Shown here piece by piece: positions 1 to 10,481 of a stretch of DNA of 64,000 bases. How positions within the stretch are numbered: the stretch's first letter is position 1; each line of letters opens with the position of its first letter. The position numbers were made by a program, and so were the translations under genes. The stretch covers positions 14,322,001-14,386,000 of the forward strand of contig JBHGNT010000004.1 of NCBI GenBank assembly GCA_043228905.1. Direction: 5' to 3'. This DNA is from Azolla caroliniana. Its lineage: Eukaryota; Plantae; Polypodiophyta. The notes under the pieces were generated by a model, which was not told the DNA's origin, made no database searches, and saw only the letters and a list, made by a program, of their open reading frames with translations.

Positions 1-249
1 AAACCCTAATATTCTAATTAAATCCATATCTCATTTCTTCTAATCTATTACTCTAGCCATCTCCATTAGCAAACTTTTTGTAATCCCAATCTTGGGATTA
101 ATTGTAATCTTTCTTTCTATTTGTTAATGAAATTTGTTAATCTTTCACATTTCGGTTAATTCTTAGTACATAAATACACGAATTTGATATCCTCTAGTCA
201 AAGGCCCCAGGGTCTTGCCTGAACGTATCCTCGTTGTATTTTCGCGACA
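1..249 (+). repeat. 5' LTR of element A (partial)
   Basis: Near-identical to about 6851-7105; ends ...TTCGCGACA. Confidence 0.92.
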
Positions 250-252
250 TCT

Positions 253-270
253 TGGTGCACCTGACGTGGA
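253..270 (+). promoter_or_regulatory. Degenerate tRNA-Trp primer-binding site of A
   Basis: TGGTGCACCTGACGTGGA, 3 mismatches to the PBS of element B, 3 nt after the LTR end. Confidence 0.75.
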
Positions 271-301
271 ACGAGGAAGTAGGAGGATATCAAGTACGAA
301 G

Positions 302-2259
302 ATGGCTTCGACAAGTGGAACTCAAGGAGAAGAATTGACGAAAGGCATGGTGTCCGTCGTTGAATTCATGCTGAAAGAGAGAGATCGGGAGGCTTTAGTT
401 GACAAAGCTTTTGACCGAACTGTGGAGACAGCTGGAAGATTCGGTGGTAAGAACATCACAAATTTCCTTGCTACCTACCGGAACGAGATGCAACAAAGAG
501 ATGTCCATGATCTAAAACAAATTTCAAGCTTTAAGCGTGTGGTAGAACCTGGGATCTGTGAGGGCGTGATGGAGATCCAAAGCGAGCATGCAACTTGGGC
601 GGAGTTCGAAAGGGCTATTCTCACTGAATACATGCTTGAAGACGCATCACGGATGAATAAGCATACGTTAATGAATTGGATCGAGAAGAAAGGGAAGAAT
701 CTATGTGCATCGGGAGTTTATGCCGAATTCGACTAGAAGTACAACCGACTTCCGAGTGTCAAGCAACGAGTTCTCGACGGAGATAAAGTTTTACTATTCC
801 TAAAGGTAGTGGATGCGAAAGATCGGCGAGAATTGGGTAGCTTCTTGGAGGACAAAACGCAACCAAATGGCTTGGTAGCGGACTGGGCGGCAGTGAAGAA
901 GGCTTGCAGCCGTTTTGATAAGCAGTGACAGTGGCAAGACGAAGCTGAGGTCAGGAATCCACAATCGTGGAAGAAGGCACCTACGAAGATCGAGCCTAGT
1001 AAGCCGATCAACAATTTCGACAAGAAAGCAATGGAGGAGTCTATAATCGAAGAGCTCTCCAAGAAGTTTGAAGCGGTATCGCTAGCCAACTTAGGTCGAC
1101 GCAGGCGCAAGGGAAAAGAAGCGTATAGATGTGTGTGGTGCGATAGCTTCAAACACTCACAAAGAGAATGAATCTTAAAATGATCAAGCCAGGAGCTGGG
1201 TTTTGGCCAACGGTCTTCGAGTGTGAAGAAAAAGGCCAAATCAATTCAGAGGATCTAAAACTTGCTGACCGAAATGTGCGATGGGCTACCGGATGGTCAG
1301 ATCCAATCGACGAAAACAGAAGCTTTGCGGAGGTTGTGTGTGACACCTATGAAGCCCTTGTCGAAGAGAAGAGGAAAACAACTGGTGAAGAAGATGACAC
1401 ATCGAAGCGTCCTAACACGAGGAACCGAGGGAAAGAAGGGCCACCCCAACCTATCCCAAGAAAAGAGATTGGTGAAACAAACATGAAGCCTGGTGGATCG
1501 AGCCAACCTGCTCGGATGGAAGTCGAAGAATCAACGAAGAAAGGAAAAGAACGAGCGGCACCGACTTACAAGCTAAGGTCGAACATAGAACAAACAACTA
1601 ACTTGCGGAAGGTCCTTGAGGAGAAGGTTTTAGACAGTCATGTCGACCTTACCTTGAGAGAGCTACTTGGGATCGTGAAGAAGGAGTTCCATGATACTAT
1701 CGTGGACCTTATTAAAAGGAAGCGGCAATAATCTGATGAAGAGGAGGTGAAAACAAGTGCCATAACCATGGCAAGATCGGAAGAGGAGGAAGAAGAAGAA
1801 GTGGTGGCGGATAGCCATTACTCTCGGCCTCATTGGGCAAGAGCGACAACGGAGACACCGGTGAAGATCGGGGAGAAGAAAGAGATCGTGGTCGCTTTGA
1901 TTGACCATGGCTCAGAGATCAACCTCATGTCGACCGAGTTCTACAAGAAAGGAAGATGGCCGATTAATACAAACCACGGATGGAAGATTCGAGCGGCGAC
2001 GAAGGCTACGGAGGACTTGTACGGAGCTTGCCCCAACGTTAAAGTCACGATCGGGGATGTGGAGATTGATGAACACTTCTTCGTGCAAGACTCGGCTTCG
2101 CATCCTATCATCCTAGGACAACCGTATATAACATCGTTCTGGATGGAGACCAAGGTGTTCGATAATGGAGCAGCCTTTGCGCGCATCAAGAGTCTTGATA
2201 GTAAAAGATTTGTTCAATTCCTGACGGTGAATCCTCAGATTTTTAAAGCGGACTATTGA
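302..2259 (+). pseudogene. gag: gag-aspartic protease of A (stops and frameshifts)
   Basis: ORF pieces 215-736, 1168-1731 and 1747-2259. Protease motifs VALIDHGSEINLM and PIILGQP; homologous to B 8412-10427. Confidence 0.88.
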
Positions 2260-5200
2260 AGCATGGGGCACAAATAGTTCGAGAAATCATAAGTCCCCAC
2301 AAGGAAGCAGAGTGCGTGGATTGCAAGGAGAAGCAACATGCGTCACACCTAGTGGCGCATGCAAACTAAGACTACTCAACAACAAGTGTTAGATACAAGA
2401 CTTCGAGGAGGTGCTGAAAGAAGAAAGCATAATCGAAGAAGAAGAATTCGTGTCATATATTCTGGAGGAAGCCTCATTTAACGACACCATCGGCAAAATT
2501 GAGGAAGTCGTGGACTTGAGCTATCCTCACCATCAACATGTGATTTCGGTTAACTCCATCAACATGTATACTATCATCGATGAATATCATCGAGGCATCT
2601 TAATAGAGGAAGCCGAAGTCAACACAAAATATAAAACCGTGGATAGGAAGATCAAGCCAGTTGTTGTTCCGCTACCGGAAGATAGCTGGCAAAAGATGAA
2701 GGAAGTTGCAAAAGATCCAAGCTTAAGGAACCCAAATACAATTGGTCACGTCTTCACTGAAGAGACGAAGGGAAAGCTACAAGTTGGAAGGGAGGATTTC
2801 CTCCTTCCTGAAGACGAGCAAATGTTCCGTGAAATGCTTGAAAGACATGTGAAGACTTTCTTAGTTTTCCCACAAGAAATCGGATGTGCAAATCCAAGGA
2901 TGGTAGAACCAATGGTGATCTTCACAGTGCCTCATGTGCCTTGGAATTTGAAACCGATACCGGTTTCGAGAGCACACCTACCGAAGCTGATCGAGCTCTT
3001 AAAGGAGAAGGTGAGGATGGGAATTTTGGAACTATCGAACGCTCCTTATTCTAATAGATGGTTCACGGCGCCAAAGAAGAATGGATCATTGCGATTCATT
3101 CAAGATCTTCAACCTGTCAACAAGGTGACAATTCAGAATGCTGGAATCGGTTCGAGTGTGGATGAATTTGCCGAGGCGTTGGCGGGCCGGTCCATCTACT
3201 CCATCGGCGATCTCTACTCTGGCTATGATCAATTCCAGTTGGCGGTCAACAATCGTGACATTACAACCATGAGAACTCCAATCGGGTTGGTGTGGATGTG
3301 TACCTTACCTCAAGGCGCAACAAACTCGGTGGCTCATATGGTGAATGCCATGAACAAGGTCTTGAAGGATTGCATCCCGGATATCACGATGCCATTCTTA
3401 GATGATATCCCGATAAAAGGATGATCGGATGAAGAGAAGGATGAATCAAAAGAGAAGGATGGATGTAGAAAGTTCGTCGTGGATCATATGAAAGATTGTG
3501 AGAAGGTGCTCCAAAGGCTCGAAGATGCGAATTTGACATTTTCGGGAGAAAAATCCGCATTCGGGCAACCGGAGATCTTGGTGGTAGGTCACTTGTGTGG
3601 AGCATACGGTCGGAAACCTTCGCCATCCAAGGTGAATGCAATCCAAGACATGAAAGAAGAATGCGTAACCCAAACGGAGGTTCGAAGGTTCCTTGGAGCA
3701 TGTGCGTTTTATCATATTTGGATTCCACACTACGCCCACATTGCTGAGCCATTATATGGTCTACTAAAGAAGAAACGGATGTTCGAATGGATGAGCGAGC
3801 ATACAATCGCCATCCGAAGGCTGAAGAAATTATTGATGGAGGCACCTGCATTACGGAAAGCGGACTATTCATACGGCAAACCCATTTTCGTGACCGTGGA
3901 TATCAGTCCAATTGGAATTGGATGGGTCATCAACCAAGAAGATGAAGATTGCAAGAGATATGCAATTCGGTTTGGCACAAAATTGTTAAGTGACAGGCAA
4001 AGAAGGTATGCCCAAGTGAAGAGGGAGCCATGGGGAATCGTCTCGGCAATCAAATCTGATCGTGATTACCTTATTGGAGCAGAAGTCATAATTGAGAGAG
4101 ATTGCCTACCAATTTTGGGTATGATATCTGGTTGTAATACATCGGATATTGCCATGTTGGGTTGGATTGCATATATCAAATCACTCAACCCGGAGATCCG
4201 TCATGTAGCTGGGAAGCATAGTGTCATTGCAGACATGCTATCACGAGCGAGATACGATGGAGAAGAAGATCGACATTCTGATGAAGATGATGTTGGCTTG
4301 GATTTCTTTGCAAGTTCCTACGCTCGGGTGCTGACTACTTTCATAGAAGAGGATTACGAAGGTGAATTCGTGGAGATCGGGAAATACTTGAGTTTTCTCC
4401 AAAAAGATGAATCATGGTCGACGGAAGACTTCCATCGAATTCGGAAGAAGGCATACAAGTATTTCCTTAAGGATGGAGCTCTTTGGAGGCATGCAGAAAA
4501 GAAGAATGTGACTCCAATGAGAGTTGTCTGCAAGCTAGAACACCGACAAAAACTAATGTCTGAATTTCATGATAGTGTTTTTGCAGGCCATCGAGGAATA
4601 TGGGCTACGTTTGTGAAGCTTAAGGAGAAATATTGGTGGTCGGGCATCTACAAAGATGTAGCAGCTTATGTGGAAACATGTAAGGAATGTCAGATGTTTT
4701 CGAATGTTCGTCATCGAGACGAGCTTCATCTGACTTATCCGTTGGCTATGCATTACAGGTGGATGGTAGATATCGTAATGATGCCAATGGGGAGATGGCA
4801 GATGAGGTACCTTGTGCTCGCGAGAGAAGATCTCACCAATCAAGTTGAAGGGCAAGCATTAAGAACTACAGAAACATCATCAGTATGCAAATTCCTTCTT
4901 GAAGATGTTATTTGTAGATATGGATGCGTCGGCAAGATAGTGGCTGATAGAGGCGAGTTGGACGCCAATGAAGCTAGAAAATTCTTCTCGAGGATGGGAA
5001 TCAAATTATCTCTTAACCATGGCGTATAATCTGGAAGCAAATGGGAAGGTCGAACGTGGACATGGACTGATTGTGAAGGCTCTATTGAAAGCTTGCCATG
5101 GGAAAATAGGAGAATGGCCGCGTCTATTGCCATTTGCACTATGGGCTAATAGGACTACTCATAGCACGGTGACATGATACATGCCGGGAGAGCTCATATT

Positions 5201-5687
5201 CGGAAAAAAACCGATAATTCCTGTAGAAAAAAGTATTATTTCATGGTTTGCATTGCCATGGCAAGATGAGATAAGTAGAGAAGATCTTTTGGCATTAAGG
5301 ATTCGACAATTGGAGTGGAATATGGAAGATATAGAGGTGGCTAAAGCGCGGCTAAAGAATGCAAGGCTAAAGAACAAGAAAGACTTCGATAAACGACATT
5401 GACTTCGGCCGAGGAAAATCGTTGAAGGAGATTGGGTGCTAGTCTATGACAGTAGCCTAGATAACCAACATAGTATGCCTCGAAAATTCTCACAACGATG
5501 GTTTGGGCCATATGTGGTGAAGAAAGTGGAAGATAATGCAACATATCATTTAGTAGAATTGGATGGTACACCACTTACCTTGCCAATTGACGGTAAAAGA
5601 ATCAAGATCTTCAAGAGAAGAGATAGAATAGAAATTGGATTCGAAGCTTTTGACAATTCAGTCTTAAGCATCGATGAAAAAGTATAG
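2243..5687 (+). pseudogene. pol: RT-RNase H-integrase of A (disrupted)
   Basis: RT motifs LRFIQDLQPVN, DLYSGYDQF, LPQGATNS, PFLDDI; integrase HHCC (FHDSVFAGH..CKEC), ADRGE, and the GPY/F-like motif RWFGPY. Confidence 0.93.
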
Positions 5688-5754
5688 TAAACAAAAGTGG
5701 AGTCTCACCAAAATTGGCACATACCAGTGGATGTGCAGGTTTGGTGGGGGAGAA

Positions 5755-7105
5755 TGTCGTGTGAATCTTCACACACTATGTAAAAAAATAACGAAATAAT
5801 GAATATAGATTAGATTAGTAGCTTACTATAGAAAGATGGATATACTCAAGAGCTTCAAAACATACTTTACTATATACAAAATGGAGAAATATATATCAAG
5901 TTATGTGAAAATGACATTTGAGAAGATAGGGAAATTAGAACTATCCCACATAGATAGGAAACTTAAGGCCCTGGCTATATAAGCGCCTTGAGCTCCCTCA
6001 TTTTTCATTTGTTCTAAGAGCACTTTGGCCGCTTTGTCTTGATGAATGATGGTGGCCAAGTTCCCAAAAACCCGGAACCGGCCGGTAAGCAAAATCGAGA
6101 ACTGGCCGGTAAGGAAAACTGAAATCGGGCCTATAAGCAAATCCAAAACTGGGCCAGTAAGCAAACCCGGAAACCGGCCGGTAACCAAACCGGAACCGGC
6201 GGCGGAGCCGGCGAGGCGGCGACAATCGGTGACCGGACGGACCCGGCCACCAGACGAGGCTGGTAAGCAAAAATGGAAACCGGCCGGTAAGCAAAATTGG
6301 AACCGGAACCGGCAAGCAAACTAGGACCGGAACAGGGAAGCAAACTGGAACCGGTAGGTAGACCGGAACCGGTCGGCAAGCAAAATCGGAATCGGAACCG
6401 GCCGGCAAGCAAAATGGACCCGACTGGCGAGGGATTCGGCGATCGTGCGGAACTGGCTACCGGACGAGGTTGGACGCGGACGGATGGAAGATTGGATCAT
6501 GCAACAAACTAAAGTAAAGTGAAGAGAACTAAAGTAAAGGCCATGTGGATGCAAGCAACTAAAGTTGGAGTGCATGCAAAAAGTAAAGGTGATGTGGATG
6601 GTGTGCAATAAAAAGGTGGAGATCATGCATCAAACTGAAGTGAAGTGAAGAAAACTAAAGTAAAGGCTAGGTGGGACGCATGCAAGGGAAGGAGAGAAAG
6701 AAAAGGAAGAATCCATCAATCAAGAAGGGGGCTATCACTCATAATTCCTAATTTCCATATGGGGAAAGGAAGCTATCTCTCAAAAAAAAACCCTAATTTT
6801 CTAATCAAAGCCATACAACTCAAAAACCCTAATTTTCGAATTGAAGCTAAAAACCCTAATATTCTAATTAAATCCATATCTCATTTCTTCTAATCTATTA
6901 CTCTAGCCATCTCCATTAGCAAACTTTTTGTAATCCCAATCTTGGGATTAATTGTAATCTTTCTTTTTACTTGTTAATGAAATTTGTTAATCTTTCTCAT
7001 TTCGGTTTATTCTGAGTACATAAATACACGAATTTGATATCATCTAGTCAAAGGCCCCGGGGTCTTGCCTCAACGTTCACGTATCCTCGTTGTATTTTCG
7101 CGACA
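5755..7105 (+). repeat. 3' LTR of A (about 1.35 kb)
   Basis: Starts TGTCG after PPT GGTGGGGGAGAA (5743-5754) and ends CGACA. Confidence 0.9.
6070..6420. repeat. Degenerate GC-rich tandem array inside LTR A (core GAACCGGCCGGTAAGCAAA)
   Basis: About ten imperfect recurrences of CCGG...AAGCAAA. Confidence 0.8.
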
Positions 7106-7640
7106 CCGAACGGTGTTGAGCATAGCGGCAAGCATGGACCTCGAGGTAGTGTCACGATACAATGATGTGTCTATGACAGGTAGAGCAACTAGACGTCAAG
7201 ACGACGTTCCTACATGGCGATCTTGAAGAAGAGATCTACATGCAACAGCCGAAAGGATTTGAGAAGAAAGGGAAGGAGCACCTGGTGTGCCGATTGAAGA
7301 AGAGCCTATATGGATTGAAGCAATCTCCCCGGCAATGGTACCGGAAGTTCGACTCCTTCATGATCGACCAAGGGTACCAGAAGGCGCAAGACCACCACTG
7401 TGTGTTCGTGAAAAAATTTGACGGAGGTGACTTCCTCATACTCCTGTATGTAGATGACATGTTGATTGTTGGACCGGACCGAACCAAAATCAGAAATCTG
7501 AAGAAGACTTTGAACTGGACCTTCTCAATGAAAGATTTGGGTTCGGCGAGACAGATACTGGAGATGCACATAATCCGGGACCGGTCAAAGCATTGCTATG
7601 GCTGTCATAGGAGAAGTACGAGACAAAGGTGCTTAAACGG
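7106..7640 (+). pseudogene. pol: Host copia K (Tork/Tnt1-like, same group as E): RT fragment 1
   Basis: RTVLSIAASMDLEV/EQLDVKTTFLHGDL, LKKSLYGLKQSPRQWY, LYVDDMLI; homologous to the E2 and E3 RT. Confidence 0.92.
7150..7178. mobile_element. 29-bp micro-insertion with LTR-like termini
   Basis: TGTCA...TGACA flanked by a GGTAG direct repeat (7145-7149, 7179-7183). The empty site GAGGTAGAGCA is present in E2 and E3. Confidence 0.85.
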
Positions 7641-8345
7641 TGTCGTAGTGTATTCCACACACTACGTGAAAACCATAAAATAATATATCCGATTTTAGAT
7701 ACATATAAATAAATAAATAATATATCAAAACATTTATCACGTGCATAGGGCAGGATTCAAACCCTGCACCTCCACGTAGATAAACCCCAACTTTACCATT
7801 GTAATAACTTATCTTTAGTGTTATACATATAGATTTAATACGTATAAGACCTTTATTTACACATACCTTTATTAAAAGGTAAAAATCATGTATTCTTTAG
7901 AGTGTGAATACTTTATTTACACGTGACATTAAAAGTGACTCATGCATATCTAGCGTGCATGAGCCCTATATTTAGGAAATGACACAGCATCACATGCACA
8001 TTTAGTGTGCATGGACACTTTTGGTGAAAAAGCATGAAGCCATGCTTAGCCTCTTCCATCTTTATATAAGGAGGGGAGAAATATGTATAAGGTTGTTGAT
8101 TAATATACAAGGATTGATCAATCTAATATATTCGTGGGATTCACGAATTTTGCCATCTAAATTACTCTTATAATCTAAATATCGTTTTAAATACACTAAA
8201 CTCGTGGGATTCACGAGATTGTTATCTTACTTCTCTTTCCACTATTCATAACTAGCCTTAAGTTGTATTCCTCTTCCTCCTAGTCCAAAACCTCAGTGGT
8301 TCCCACCCGACTCACGCAAACGATCCGGAGCCGAAAGGCACGACA
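7641..8345 (+). repeat. 5' LTR of B
   Basis: TGTCG...CGACA; direct repeat of 14017-14721. Confidence 0.96.
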
Positions 8346-8349
8346 CAAT

Positions 8350-8367
8350 TGGTGAACCCGACGTGAA
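8350..8367 (+). promoter_or_regulatory. tRNA-Trp primer-binding site of B
   Basis: TGGTGAACCCGACGTGAA is the reverse complement of the plant cytosolic tRNA-Trp 3' end (..UUCACGUCGGGUUCACCA, recalled, not searched). Confidence 0.85.
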
Positions 8368-8411
8368 GACCGGGTGGCAAGGAGATAGAAAATCAACCGG
8401 AGGCTAGCAAC

Positions 8412-10427
8412 ATGATGATGATGTTCGAGCGCATGCTACAAGAACAATGCTCGATGTCGGAGATAGCAGCATCAGTGGAGCAGCTCGTGCAACGAAATGG
8501 GCAATTCAACGGGAAAGACGTGTCGCGGTATCTTCGGGACTACAAGGCGGAGATGCTACGGTGCGGAATATCGGAAGGACTGCAAGTGACGTCCTTCAAC
8601 CGGGTGGCGACCGACGGGCTTCAAGCAAGCATCCATGGGCTACGACGACAAAATCCGACATGGGAGGCGTTTGAAGAAGAGCTAAAGAGGACGTTCGCCA
8701 TCGAGGATTCCTCCAAGGCGACGCGAAGGGGATTCGAAGATTGGGTGGAGATGCTGGACAAGGGATTGAAGGTTGTTGATGTGTTTTCGGCATTCGAAAA
8801 CCGGTTTGGGAGGTTGTCCGCGAGAGATCAAGCTATCCTCGTACCGGACAAGGTGATCATGTTCTTGCGAGCCGTGGACGTCCGGGACCGGAAAGATTTC
8901 AGAGTGCTCCTGGAGGACACGACCACGGAGAGTGGCCTCACCGAAACATGGGAAAGCGTGCGGGATATCATCGCACGATACACGAAGAGGGGCCAATGGC
9001 TTGCCAGCGAGGAAAAGAGGGTTTCGGAACCGATTCCAAAACCGAGAACCGGATTGGAAGACCATCAACCGAGGGCTCAGGAGACTACAACCGAGAAGGG
9101 GATTGATGCATCTACGGTGGAGCAACTATTGAAGAAGATGAAGAATCTAAAGATCGCGATGGTGAAGAAGTCGGATGACCGCCCCAAAAGCTCCAAGTAT
9201 ACGGACTGACGGTGCATATGGTGCGATAGTGCCGAACACAATCGGAGGGATTGAGACGAGCATAAGGAGGCGCTACGGCGGGATCTCATCTACTACGAGG
9301 GAAACCGAATTCATTTGATGGACTCTCGGACGCCACTCTGACCAAACTTCCGAAAAGGCGGCATGAAGAAGGTGCTCGAGGAGGAATTGGCGGCAAGAAG
9401 CAACTATGCGACAACCGCGGGAATATGTGTCGGGGAGTCATCGAGAGCAAAGACGTCTTTTTGGCCGGAAGTTCTAGAAAACACCGAGAAAACCGACTCC
9501 AACGAGATCCGAAGCACCGCAGAAGGCGTCCAGGAAGCTACGGAATGGGAGTGCCCTGTCGACAAGAATAGCGTATATGCCCTGTGTCAATTGCATAAGG
9601 TGTATGTGGACGAGAAACGACGACGCATGGAGGATGCGGCCGGGCCATCGAAGATACCAGAAAGCTGGAACTCCGGAGGTAAGGGAAAAGAAAAGGCGAC
9701 TCCGGCATTCAAGTTCGCCTCGGACATAGAACAACAAACCGACTTGAAAAGAGTGTTCGAGGAAAGAATCTTGGATAGCCGGGTAGATTTCTCGCTTCGG
9801 GAGCTACTCAGAATAGCAAAGAAGGAGTTCCACGATCTTCTCGTGGATCTCGTGAAGCGAAAAAGACAAAGTACGGAGGAAAATGCTCAAAGGGTGAATG
9901 CGAACACCGTTTTAATGAACGACACCGAAGTGGAGGATGAAATTCCGAACTCCCACTATACAAGGCCACATTGGGCACGCCCGACTACGGAGACTCCGGT
10001 CCGAATCGGCAACATCAAAGAACCCGTGCTAGCATTGATTGATCACGGATCGGAGATTAACTTGATGTCCAAGGAGTTCTACCGGAAGGGGAAGTGGCCT
10101 ATTTACACCAACCATGGATGGAAGATTCGGGCGGCCACCAAAGGAACGGAAGATCTATTTGCGGCTTGTCCGGATGTGACGGTGAAAATTGGGGATGTCG
10201 AGATAGACCAAAATTTCTTCGTGCAAGATGAGGTTTCACATTCAATCATCCTCGGCCAACCCTTTATCATGGCATCACGGATGGAGGCGAAGGTGCTCGA
10301 TAGCGGTGCGGCTTTTGCGCGAATTCGGAGCCAAAACGGTGGGAAATCCGTCCAATTCCTAACGGTGCTGGCAAATCATGAAAGGAACAAGAGCGCACTC
10401 TTGTCCCAAGTGAGAATGGATTTTTAA
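8412..10427 (+). pseudogene. gag: gag-protease of B (a few premature TGA stops)
   Basis: Same-frame ORFs 8412-9209 and 9363-10427; CIWC..H knuckle remnant; LALIDHGSEINLM. Confidence 0.92.
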
Positions 10428-10481
10428 AGCGGACTATTGCGGAGTGGGGAAGTGATAGTTAGAGAAGCCCTGATACCCCAC
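10418..10481 (+). promoter_or_regulatory. Predicted -1 ribosomal frameshift signal (slippery heptamer plus pseudoknot) of B
   Basis: G GAT TTT followed by TAA; pol lies in the -1 frame; stems ACTATTGC/GTGATAGT and GTGGGG/CCCCAC; conserved in A and I. Confidence 0.75.

Larger units (their letters stand above)
1..7105 (+). mobile_element. Element A: Ty3/gypsy non-chromovirus LTR retrotransposon (possibly Phygy/Selgy-like); 5' LTR cut by the window start
   Basis: Bases 1-249 match the end of the 3' LTR (about 6851-7105). PBS at 253, gag-PR-RT-RH-INT domain order, PPT before 5755, termini TGTCG...CGACA. Copia RT sequence resumes at 7106. Confidence 0.93.

Noticed and set aside
5901-6626. Overlapping 70-136 aa ORFs in LTR A
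   Set aside because: Produced by a stop-poor CCGG tandem array; low complexity, no recognisable domain
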